In this document: positions 37,860 through 45,863 of the stretch, piece after piece
Numbering within the stretch: the stretch's first letter is position 1
Layout of the letters: each line of letters opens with the position of its first letter
Assembly (NCBI GenBank): GCA_964013675.1
Contig: CAXGXE010000001.1
Span: 5,411-69,410, forward strand
Origin: an uncultured Verrucomicrobiales bacterium
Lineage (GTDB): Bacteria > Verrucomicrobiota > Verrucomicrobiia > Limisphaerales > UBA1100
DNA length: 64,000 nt
Direction of reading: 5' to 3'
Made by a program: the position numbers and the translations under genes
The notes under the pieces: generated by a model
What the model was told of the DNA's origin: nothing
Database searches by the model: none
What the model saw: only the letters and a program-made list of their open reading frames with translations

Positions 37860-38618
37860 GTGACCCCCACCGAAGCTGCCCAGCTGCTTGAAGAGTTCCG
37901 CGCCGGCAAAATCAGCCAGGCGCAGGCTCTTGCTGCCCTCGGTAAAGAACCCGTCACCGACCTCGGCTTCGCGCAGGTGGATCAACACCGCGCCCTACGG
38001 CAGGGTTTCCCTGAGGTCATCTTCGGTGCCGGAAAAACGCCCGTGCAGGTCGTTAAGATTGCCGGTGAAATTCTCAAGCAAAGCGATCGCGTGCTCATCA
38101 CCCGCACCACACCGGCGCACGCCAAGGCCATCGCCAAGAAATTCAAGAAAGCCGTTCACCACGAAACCGCCCGTTGTGTGGTGATCGAAAAGAAAAAATC
38201 CAAACCCCAACGCGCTGGTGCCATCGCCATCCTCTCCGCCGGGACCAGCGATCTACCAGTGGCCGAGGAAGCCGCGGTCACTGCCGAGACGATGGGTAAC
38301 CCTGTTCGGCGCTTGTTCGATGTCGGTGTCGCCGGACTGCACCGGCTGCTGGCGCGCGTGGAAGATTTTCGGGAGGCCAATGTCATCATCGTCGTGGCCG
38401 GCATGGAAGGCGCCTTGCCTAGCGTGGTGGCTGGCCTCGTCGACAAACCCGTCATCGCTGTGCCCACCAGTATCGGTTACGGCGCCAGCTTCGAGGGCGT
38501 GGCCGCGCTACTTGGCATGCTCAATAGCTGCGGTAGCGGCGTCACCGTCGTCAATATCGATAACGGCTTCGGCGCCGCCTACGCCGCCAGCCAGATTAAT
38601 GCACTGACTGATTCATGA
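37860..38618 (+). CDS. larB: nickel-pincer cofactor biosynthesis protein LarB (PurE-like carboxylase/hydrolase)
   Basis: C-terminal PurE-like domain ([24 protein letters not shown]...[15 protein letters not shown]...VIAVPTS.GYG) preceded by the LarB-specific N-terminal segment. GTG start. Confidence 0.85.
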   Translation: MTPTEAAQLLEEFRAGKISQAQALAALGKEPVTDLGFAQVDQHRALRQGFPEVIFGAGKTPVQVVKIAGEILKQSDRVLITRTTPAHAKAIAKKFKKAVHHETARCVVIEKKKSKPQRAGAIAILSAGTSDLPVAEEAAVTAETMGNPVRRLFDVGVAGLHRLLARVEDFREANVIIVVAGMEGALPSVVAGLVDKPVIAVPTSIGYGASFEGVAALLGMLNSCGSGVTVVNIDNGFGAAYAASQINALTDS

Positions 38619-39589
38619 ATTGCCTTCGGTTGATGTTCCCGGCACTTCTTGGTGCCCTTGTCATGGGTGGAGCCGGTTGTGTGACGCCCATTCCGTCCGC
38701 CGCGGCGGTTTATGAACGCGTCCAACCGGCGGCTTTGGAGATCTTGGTGAATGGCCGAATGGCCGGCTCAGGCAGTATCGTGGATGCCGGCGGCAGCGTG
38801 CTGATTGCTGCGCACATGTTACCGGCAGGTAATGAAGCGCATTTGGAAGCGCACTCCTCAACACTCGGTCGGCAGCCGCTTCGCTTGATTGCCCTTGATC
38901 TTGCGCATGACCTCGCCTTGCTACAGTTGCCCTTGCAAGCTGAGGAATATCCGCATCTAACCATAGCCCAACGCTCCCCAGGTCCTGGCGAGCCGGTTTA
39001 TCTCTATGGCGCTCCGGTGTTTCGACATGATGTTATGATCTCCGGCAAGATCGCGCGTGCCCAGCCAACCTTTGAATTTTACGATGGTGCGTATCGGGAG
39101 GTTCTCCATATCTCCGGTATTTCACCCATTGGCACTTCGGGCGGTCCGTGGGTTAACGCGCGCGGGGAATTAATTGGAGTACAAAGTGCGGCAATGACCA
39201 TCAAGGGAGCACATCAGGGGATTGCCTATGCAAGCCCGCTGGCATCTCTCAAGGGTCTGCTGCAAAAAAAGAAAACAGTTCAAAGCGCCACCATGCAAAC
39301 GGGTGTGGAAGAATTGTGGAGTCAGGAACCGAGCTTTATCAATAAACTACATAAGGATTTTCGAGGGCTGGTGGTCCGTCAACTCCGCAAAGATGGAGTT
39401 GCCGCCAAGGCTGGCCTGAAAGAGTGGGATATTATTGTGGCCATTGATGGCCGATCGGTGAATCGCACTGATGACTTGATGCGTATGATTCGCAGCCGGG
39501 AGCCCGGTCAAACAGTTCGTTTGAAGGCCACAGACCGGGAAGGGAAGAATTCACGCGATCTCACTATCAAGTTGGTTCCGATCAACTGA
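38615..39589 (+). CDS. trypsin-like (S1C) serine protease with C-terminal PDZ domain, lipoprotein
   Basis: Lipobox GGAGCV, a His/Asp/Ser context (AAHML; DLALLQL; GTSGGPWVN), and a PDZ-like C-terminus (GLVVRQL...[14 protein letters not shown]). 4-nt overlap with larB. Confidence 0.8.
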   Translation: MNCLRLMFPALLGALVMGGAGCVTPIPSAAAVYERVQPAALEILVNGRMAGSGSIVDAGGSVLIAAHMLPAGNEAHLEAHSSTLGRQPLRLIALDLAHDLALLQLPLQAEEYPHLTIAQRSPGPGEPVYLYGAPVFRHDVMISGKIARAQPTFEFYDGAYREVLHISGISPIGTSGGPWVNARGELIGVQSAAMTIKGAHQGIAYASPLASLKGLLQKKKTVQSATMQTGVEELWSQEPSFINKLHKDFRGLVVRQLRKDGVAAKAGLKEWDIIVAIDGRSVNRTDDLMRMIRSREPGQTVRLKATDREGKNSRDLTIKLVPIN

Positions 39590-39604
39590 ACAGCCCCCTC
39601 TGGT

Positions 39605-41152
39605 TTATTTTTCCAGCTTGGGAATCGCCGGCAGGCCAAAGCCTCCCTTTTGTGGATTCTCGCGCTGAAGTTTCTTTAATTCTTTTTTGTTGAGCGTTTT
39701 GTCGCTCGTGTCGCGTTTTTGATCTGTATTGAAGGTAAGTGAATCAATCATCGCACCATTCAAGGTGGCTTTGCCAAAAATGGGGCTCTCCACCTCAAGT
39801 TTGTTTTCCGTCCAGCTAATGAGTTTGAAATCCAGTACGTCAGCCCCTTTTAACGTTGCCTTAACCAGTCCATTGTTGACCTTGACCTCCTTGCTAACGG
39901 TTGATTTAGCAAACTGAATCAGGCGTGAATGAGCCCAGGGAATATCTACCTCGCCGAAGCTGCTCTTGATTTTAACTTTTCCATCACCAATGCGGGTGAT
40001 GGTCCCAGTAACTGTATCTTCGTTGATCAGGCGGATAGTATCCTGCTTGGGGCTAATGGTTGTATCGGTTGCGGCAATTGGCTCGCTTCCATCCCATTGG
40101 CTGATTCGGATATTACTAACCTTCAAAGGATAAGGGGAGCGTGAGGTAAAGAGCAATCCATCTCCCTTGCCTGCAAAGGCTTCCTTATCTTTCCAATTGG
40201 CTATTTGGATTCCATTGATTGACAGGATAAATGATCGTGATTTTTTATTGGTGCGTAGTGAGTAGCGTACACGCGACCCAATCCCCGTCAGGTTTACCCG
40301 AGTGTTGGACCCCAACCGATCGGATATGAAATCATCATTCCGTTTACTTTGCCGGTGAAAGTTGGCACCGGCTTGGCTCAGCTTCAGGGCGTATGAGCTG
40401 CCGTTGGATGGGGATTTCAGGTTGTCGGTGAACAAATTTACATTCAGGGAAAAGTAACCGGAGTTGCGCCCCGGAGTGGACCAGTCCACGTCAAATTCAA
40501 TCAGGGCCTTATCAGGGAACCCCACTTTACGCCCGGCCGTTGCGCCGGCGCCAGTGCTAGTGATGGCACCTGCCTTGAATTCGAATTTACCAGAGCCATT
40601 TTTTTGAGCTGGGATAGGCAAGGCAAAGCCGCCACCTCCTATAATATTTTTGGAAGAACCAAAGACCCAATCCTTTTCTGAGGAGGGGCCATTGTAGACA
40701 ACTTTGCCTATTCCTGCTGTCGCCGGAATGATCGCCTTGAGCTGGCTCCGCATGAATTCTATTTGGCCGGCCGCGGTATGGCTCATAACTACCCGCTCAG
40801 TATCGGCCAGGTCCAGCTGACCTGAAAAGGAGTTTCCATTAGTCAGCAAAACCTGGCTTTGAGTGGGCTGCGCGGGGGCGGATCCGGTGAAGGTGACACG
40901 GTCAATTGCTTCCGGGTTAATCTGCAATGCCGGTTTAATATTGGCAGCTTCCCACACGAGGCCAAGTTTGGGATCGAATTTGACAAATTTACCGGTGATA
41001 ACATCACCATTGAGCATATACACCGCTTCAATATTGGCTGACGATTTACCCAGTGCCGGCACGGTCATCATGGGAGGGCGGGCAGCTTGAATAGGGAAGC
41101 TTGGAAGCAAAGCCCACAAGAGGATGAAGTACAGGCGGAACATCGTCATCAC
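39605..41152 (-). CDS. hypothetical secreted protein (515 aa) with repeated beta-modules and a jelly-roll-like core
   Basis: Clear signal peptide (MFRLYFILLWALLPSFPIQAA) and an uninterrupted ORF. Four approximately 40-aa modules of the form LxNGDxxTGxxxxxxxxxxxxxxxxGxxxxxxxxIxxxxF. Lys-rich tail. I recognise no family. Confidence 0.6.
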   Translation of the reverse strand: MMTMFRLYFILLWALLPSFPIQAARPPMMTVPALGKSSANIEAVYMLNGDVITGKFVKFDPKLGLVWEAANIKPALQINPEAIDRVTFTGSAPAQPTQSQVLLTNGNSFSGQLDLADTERVVMSHTAAGQIEFMRSQLKAIIPATAGIGKVVYNGPSSEKDWVFGSSKNIIGGGGFALPIPAQKNGSGKFEFKAGAITSTGAGATAGRKVGFPDKALIEFDVDWSTPGRNSGYFSLNVNLFTDNLKSPSNGSSYALKLSQAGANFHRQSKRNDDFISDRLGSNTRVNLTGIGSRVRYSLRTNKKSRSFILSINGIQIANWKDKEAFAGKGDGLLFTSRSPYPLKVSNIRISQWDGSEPIAATDTTISPKQDTIRLINEDTVTGTITRIGDGKVKIKSSFGEVDIPWAHSRLIQFAKSTVSKEVKVNNGLVKATLKGADVLDFKLISWTENKLEVESPIFGKATLNGAMIDSLTFNTDQKRDTSDKTLNKKELKKLQRENPQKGGFGLPAIPKLEK

Positions 41153-41249
41153 TCTGGAGGTAAACTCGCCTACCCGTCAAGCTGACGTGTAAAAGGGCAG
41201 TCGTTTTTTAGGTCTGGTTCCGAATGAATTACCACCTTATTGTCATAAC

Positions 41250-43118
41250 GTGAAGCGGGAGCAATTATTAAAAAAGCGGCTCACTACTGAGCAGCAATGG
41301 ATTCTCTTCAATCATTCCGCTTTATCCCGGCGTTTGCCGGAGGATCATTACCAGGAAATGGAAGGGCTCATGCATGTTTTTTGGCATGAGGTCAAATTCG
41401 AACCTCATGGGGTCGATGAGATAACTGAAGAGATGCGGGTACTAGTGGCCGCTGAAGCCTGTATTCTTATAATCCTGCTAGGCTATGAAAAATATCGCTA
41501 TCTCAAGAAGGTTGAAATCCATGGTAAATATATTGATTTAGAGGATGGTAGAAAGGCGGCAGGCACAGGTGGTCGCAGGGTTGTGCAATTGGTTTGGTCT
41601 TCCACTCTGGAAGGGTGCCAACATGGTACAGATAACGAAAATGTTTTATTACATGAATTTGCTCATGTTATTGATCAAGCACAATATGGCATAGCTGAAA
41701 GTATTCCAGTGGGTATCAACTCGGTTGATTACGAGGAATGGAAGGCGGTGCTGGGCCAAGAATATACGAAATTACAGGAAGCCTTTCAATCTGGAGAGGG
41801 ACACACTCTAAGAGAATACTCGATATCCTGTGATTCGAAGGCGGAATTTTTCACATGTGCCACCGAAGCATTTTTTGAGCGATCCACTCAGTTACATTCA
41901 TCTAACAATGAAATATACCGGCTTTTATCCAATTTTTATGGATTAGATCCCGTCGGCTGGAACCATGAATTTTGTCCCGGATGTTTTGGTGCTGTAGGGA
42001 AAATTGTTGAAGGGTGGTCATTATGTTCAAATTGTGGTTGGCCTGGGAGAGATAAAGATCAACCGCCTCAATTTCACAAGGTGGATACGCCGTCACATGG
42101 AGAACAATTACACTCTGAAGAGCCAGCAGCTGAATTGCCACCCATCCTTGAGCAGTTGACTATTGGGCAGCGAAAAATCCTCACTTACCATTCTGCCCTC
42201 TACAATCGTCTCCCTGGGGATTTAAAAATCAGACTTGAGGGCCTCATGCATGTTTTTCTGCGGGAAGTTACTTTTGAAGTGGATGGGTTCGATGAAGTGA
42301 CTGAAGAGATGCGTATTTGTGTGGCCGCTGAAGCTTGTGTTCTTATTTTAAGCCTCGGCTACGACAGTTATTCTCAATTAAGGCGGGTCACAATTTCGAG
42401 AGATGCCTTGAAGTGGGACGGAAAAGAATGGGGTGGTTTGGCGGGGCGCCACGAAGTGTCATTATACTGGGACCAAGCTCTTACTGGAATGCTTTGGGGT
42501 AGTGATAATCGCAATGTCATTTTACATGAGTTTGCCCATGTCTTGGATCAGGCAGATGATGCAACTGCGCAGAGCATCCCTGTGGCAGTAGATTCACTGG
42601 TCGATCGTGTGAAATGGGAACAAGTAATTGATCAGGAATACCCTAAGATCAAAGCGGCGTATGCGGAGGGAAGAGCGCATACGATCGATGACTATTCTCT
42701 CACCGATAATGCAGAGTTTTTTTCCTGTGCCACGGAATCTTTTTTTGAAAGATCTAAGGAGTTGCATCAGCATAACCCCGAGATATATGAGTTATTGCAG
42801 GACTATTATAGATTAGACCCGGTACAATGGAAACCAGTGGATGAGGAAGCGGATCGGGCGGCAAAACGTCAAAGAGCACTTGATCATCAGTTAACCATAG
42901 CCAAAACGTTTGGATCTCTTTTGGTGCTAATTATTCCGGCTATTGGCATCTGTTTTATGGGTTTGTTGGGTCATGCACCTTGGGATGGGATTCTTTTTTG
43001 TTTCATGCCGATCTTTTTATTCCTGTTCTATTGCTGGTGGTTGTTGGCAAAGCCAACCATCGCCCGCCTTAAGGCGGATCAGGCCGAATCTTTTGACGCT
43101 AAAACGAATCTTCGATAG
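41250..43118 (+). CDS. tandem-duplicated M90 (MtfA-like) zinc metallopeptidase with central zinc ribbon and C-terminal TM anchor
   Basis: Two homologous approximately 230-aa halves, each with HEFAHV(I/L)DQ (nt 41652 and 42525) and ...AEFF(T/S)CATE(A/S)FFERS. A CPGC...CSNC ribbon (nt 41973-42035) lies between them. Two hydrophobic helices near the C-terminus. GTG start. Confidence 0.75.
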   Translation: MKREQLLKKRLTTEQQWILFNHSALSRRLPEDHYQEMEGLMHVFWHEVKFEPHGVDEITEEMRVLVAAEACILIILLGYEKYRYLKKVEIHGKYIDLEDGRKAAGTGGRRVVQLVWSSTLEGCQHGTDNENVLLHEFAHVIDQAQYGIAESIPVGINSVDYEEWKAVLGQEYTKLQEAFQSGEGHTLREYSISCDSKAEFFTCATEAFFERSTQLHSSNNEIYRLLSNFYGLDPVGWNHEFCPGCFGAVGKIVEGWSLCSNCGWPGRDKDQPPQFHKVDTPSHGEQLHSEEPAAELPPILEQLTIGQRKILTYHSALYNRLPGDLKIRLEGLMHVFLREVTFEVDGFDEVTEEMRICVAAEACVLILSLGYDSYSQLRRVTISRDALKWDGKEWGGLAGRHEVSLYWDQALTGMLWGSDNRNVILHEFAHVLDQADDATAQSIPVAVDSLVDRVKWEQVIDQEYPKIKAAYAEGRAHTIDDYSLTDNAEFFSCATESFFERSKELHQHNPEIYELLQDYYRLDPVQWKPVDEEADRAAKRQRALDHQLTIAKTFGSLLVLIIPAIGICFMGLLGHAPWDGILFCFMPIFLFLFYCWWLLAKPTIARLKADQAESFDAKTNLR

Positions 43119-43133
43119 AGTTTCAACTCAATC

Positions 43134-44420
43134 GTGAAAACCCTTTACCTCGATATTTTTAGCGGCATCAGTGGCGACATGTTTCTGGGAGCCATGATCG
43201 ATCTGGGCGTGGATTTTGATGCGCTGGATATAGAGCTGAAGAAGCTCAAACTGGAGGGCTACACACTCAGTGCCAATCGCCGGCAAAAATGCGCCATTGA
43301 TGGGGTGAAGTTTGATGTGCATTTGGCGGCCGGCGGCGAAGGCGATCATGACCACAGTCATTCGCATGATCATTCTCACGAACACAGTCACTCGCACGAA
43401 CATTCCCATGAGCACAGTCATGGAGGCGATGATGGTCACGGACACAGCCGAAATTTTGCGCAGATCTCGGAGATGATCCACGCCAGTACCCTGAGTGATT
43501 GGGTGAAGGAGAAGTCGGTAGCCGTGTTTCAACGCGTGGCCAATGCCGAGGGCAAGATTCATGGGATGCCGCCTTTTGAGGTGCACTTTCATGAGGTGGG
43601 TGCGGTGGATTCCATTGTCGATATCGTGGGCGGCTGTATTGCGCTGGAACTTTTGGGTAAACCACGCGTGCGCAGCGGGCCGGTCATTGAGGGCACCGGG
43701 TTTATCATGTGCGCCCATGGCCGCTTTCCCATTCCCGCACCGGCGACACTCAATATTCTCGCTGAACGCGGTGTAGCCATTACCCAGTGTGAGGAACCCA
43801 ATGAACTCATTACCCCGACAGGTGCGGCCTTGATTGCTGAATTTGCTGAGGACTTTGGGCCCTTGCAAAATCTCACGCCTGAGAAGGTCGCCTTTGGGTT
43901 GGGCACACGCGATTGTGAAACGCGCCCCAACGTTCTGCGTGCGGTGTTGGGCGAGGAAACCGCATCAACATCCGGCAATGATTGGGAGACGGATACCATT
44001 GCGGTTTTGGAAACCAACCTTGATGATATTAGTTCAGAAGTCTTGGGCGACTTTGTGGAACGCGCACTGAAAGCCGGCGCACTGGACGTGGTGCACACGC
44101 CCATTCAGATGAAGAAGAACCGGCCGGGGGTACAGCTGAGTGTCCTGTGTGCTGAAGGTGATGCGGATCAGTTCTGCGAAATGATCCTGCGCGAGACCAG
44201 CGCCTTTGGTGTGCGCCGTACCTTAACTGAACGCCGCAAGCTCCAGCGCGAGACCAAGACGGTGGCTACCCCACATGGGGAAGTGACCGTGAAGTTGGGC
44301 AAACTCAATGGCGAAATCGTGCAGGTGGCGCCCGAGTATGAAAGCTGCCGCGCTATTGCGGCAAAGGCTGATGTGCCGCTAAAGGCCGTGTATGATGCAG
44401 CCGTGGCGGCGGCGCGTTAA
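43134..44420 (+). CDS. larC: nickel-pincer cofactor biosynthesis protein LarC (nickel insertion)
   Basis: N-terminal MKTLYLDIFSGISGDMFLGAMIDLG. A His-rich tract DHDHSHSHDHSHEHSHSHEHSHEHSHGGDDGHGHS (nt 43344-43448). LarC-like C-terminal domain. It starts 15 nt after the M90 gene. Confidence 0.9.
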   Translation: MKTLYLDIFSGISGDMFLGAMIDLGVDFDALDIELKKLKLEGYTLSANRRQKCAIDGVKFDVHLAAGGEGDHDHSHSHDHSHEHSHSHEHSHEHSHGGDDGHGHSRNFAQISEMIHASTLSDWVKEKSVAVFQRVANAEGKIHGMPPFEVHFHEVGAVDSIVDIVGGCIALELLGKPRVRSGPVIEGTGFIMCAHGRFPIPAPATLNILAERGVAITQCEEPNELITPTGAALIAEFAEDFGPLQNLTPEKVAFGLGTRDCETRPNVLRAVLGEETASTSGNDWETDTIAVLETNLDDISSEVLGDFVERALKAGALDVVHTPIQMKKNRPGVQLSVLCAEGDADQFCEMILRETSAFGVRRTLTERRKLQRETKTVATPHGEVTVKLGKLNGEIVQVAPEYESCRAIAAKADVPLKAVYDAAVAAAR

Positions 44421-44427
44421 TTGGGTT

Positions 44428-44922
44428 TTATTCCCTCGTGGATGTGCGGCCGGTGTGTTGTGCATTCTGCCCAAACATTGGCCAAGGGCTTTTGGCGGGG
44501 CCTTTGGAATCGGTTTTGATGGCATAGAGCTTGTTGTCATCTGACCCGACGTAAACCGTGCCATCAGAGCCGATGGCGGGGGGGGACCACACATCACCTC
44601 CCGTTTCAAATTCCCATAGCTTGACCCCACTCTTGCCATTGATGGCATAGAGCTTGTTGTCAATTGACCCGACGTAAACCGTGCCATCAGAGCCGATGGC
44701 GGGGGAGGACCCCACCATACCTACCGTTTCAAATTCCCATAGCTTGCCCCCTACGGTTGTCTTGGCTTTGGTTGGCTCATTCGGACGTGCATTTGACAAT
44801 GCTTCCACCTCAGCTTCCCACGCTTTGTTTCGAGCATCTAATTCTTCTGATAGTTTTTTCGCATCTGATCTTCCACACCCCATCACCAAGAATAGAGCCA
44901 AACCAATCATCACAGCTTTCAT
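44428..44922 (-). CDS. two-blade PQQ-like repeat lipoprotein (short paralogue of 34326..35549)
   Basis: Lipobox LVMGCGR, a coiled linker, and only two LWEFET...GSDGTVYVGS.DNKLYAI blades. It has the same C-terminal AKSPWPMFGQNAQHTGR tail as the long paralogue. Confidence 0.7.
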   Translation of the reverse strand: MKAVMIGLALFLVMGCGRSDAKKLSEELDARNKAWEAEVEALSNARPNEPTKAKTTVGGKLWEFETVGMVGSSPAIGSDGTVYVGSIDNKLYAINGKSGVKLWEFETGGDVWSPPAIGSDGTVYVGSDDNKLYAIKTDSKGPAKSPWPMFGQNAQHTGRTSTRE

Positions 44923-45074
44923 GCGGCTAATAAAAGGTAGTCGCCCATAGCCCGTCTACTACAAGCTCAATGATTTTTTGTAGCTGCTCTTAATCACGTA
45001 AAGAGTGATAGGCTAGACAAATTTACACCTTACGAATGACGGCCTGAGTCATTGGTGTCATAGTCACCGCTCTG

Positions 45075-45815
45075 ATGCTGGATGCCGAACAACTCGATGC
45101 CTTTGGGCGTGATGGACAATTGACTGTGCCTGATCTCTTTAGTGCAGAAGAAATCGACCGCGCACTGGAAGACTTGGGGCAGTGGGATAAAGAATTTCGG
45201 CCTACGCTTACTGATGAAGAGCGCGAATGGTATTTGGAAGATCCCAGTGATCCATCCAGTCCGTTTCGAAAATTGGATGATCCGGTATTTCATCGGGCAG
45301 CGTTTAGGGCTTTGGCCATGGCCCCGGCGTTGCTGGAGGCAGTGGAGCAATTGATCGGCGAGGGGGTGACCTTGTTTTTTAGTCAGGTGTTTTGCAAACC
45401 GCCTGAGGTCGGCGGCCCCAAGCCGGTGCATCAGGATAATTTCTATTTCGCCCCCAGTGATACCGATGCACTGCTCACCACATGGATCGCACTCGATGAG
45501 GCGACGGAAGAAAATGGCTGCCTCCACTATGGCCTCGGCAGCCACCACGAACCGGTGCTCGAACATACCGCACCTGAAGATGCGCCTTTCAACCTGCAAG
45601 TACCGGCGGATGTCGCCAAAAAATATCCGATGACACCAGCGCCCGTACCTCGCGGTGGAGTGTCCATCCATCACGGCAACACACTGCACCAGTCATCCGC
45701 CAACCGCAGTGCTCATCCGCGCCGAGCAGTGACCTTCCACTTCCTGCGTAATGATGCTGAATTAGTCGAGCCGGCCCTCAAATATGATCCTTCCCACTCG
45801 GTGAAGGTCAGCTAA
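45075..45815 (+). CDS. phytanoyl-CoA dioxygenase (PhyH) family protein
   Basis: Fe(II)/2OG facial-triad context (PVHQDNFYF ... HHGNTLHQS ... R..AVTFHF). The 246-aa length fits. Confidence 0.8.
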   Translation: MLDAEQLDAFGRDGQLTVPDLFSAEEIDRALEDLGQWDKEFRPTLTDEEREWYLEDPSDPSSPFRKLDDPVFHRAAFRALAMAPALLEAVEQLIGEGVTLFFSQVFCKPPEVGGPKPVHQDNFYFAPSDTDALLTTWIALDEATEENGCLHYGLGSHHEPVLEHTAPEDAPFNLQVPADVAKKYPMTPAPVPRGGVSIHHGNTLHQSSANRSAHPRRAVTFHFLRNDAELVEPALKYDPSHSVKVS

Positions 45816-45863
45816 AAATTCTGCTGGCTTGCCAAGCGGCGTGTGAGCCTCAAACTAACTGCG

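Noticed and set aside
43344-43448. Imperfect triplet repeat (cat/cac-agt/gat/gaa) that could be read as a microsatellite or repeat element
   Set aside because: It encodes the His-rich metal-binding tract of LarC, a known feature of that family. It is in frame and inside a well-supported CDS.
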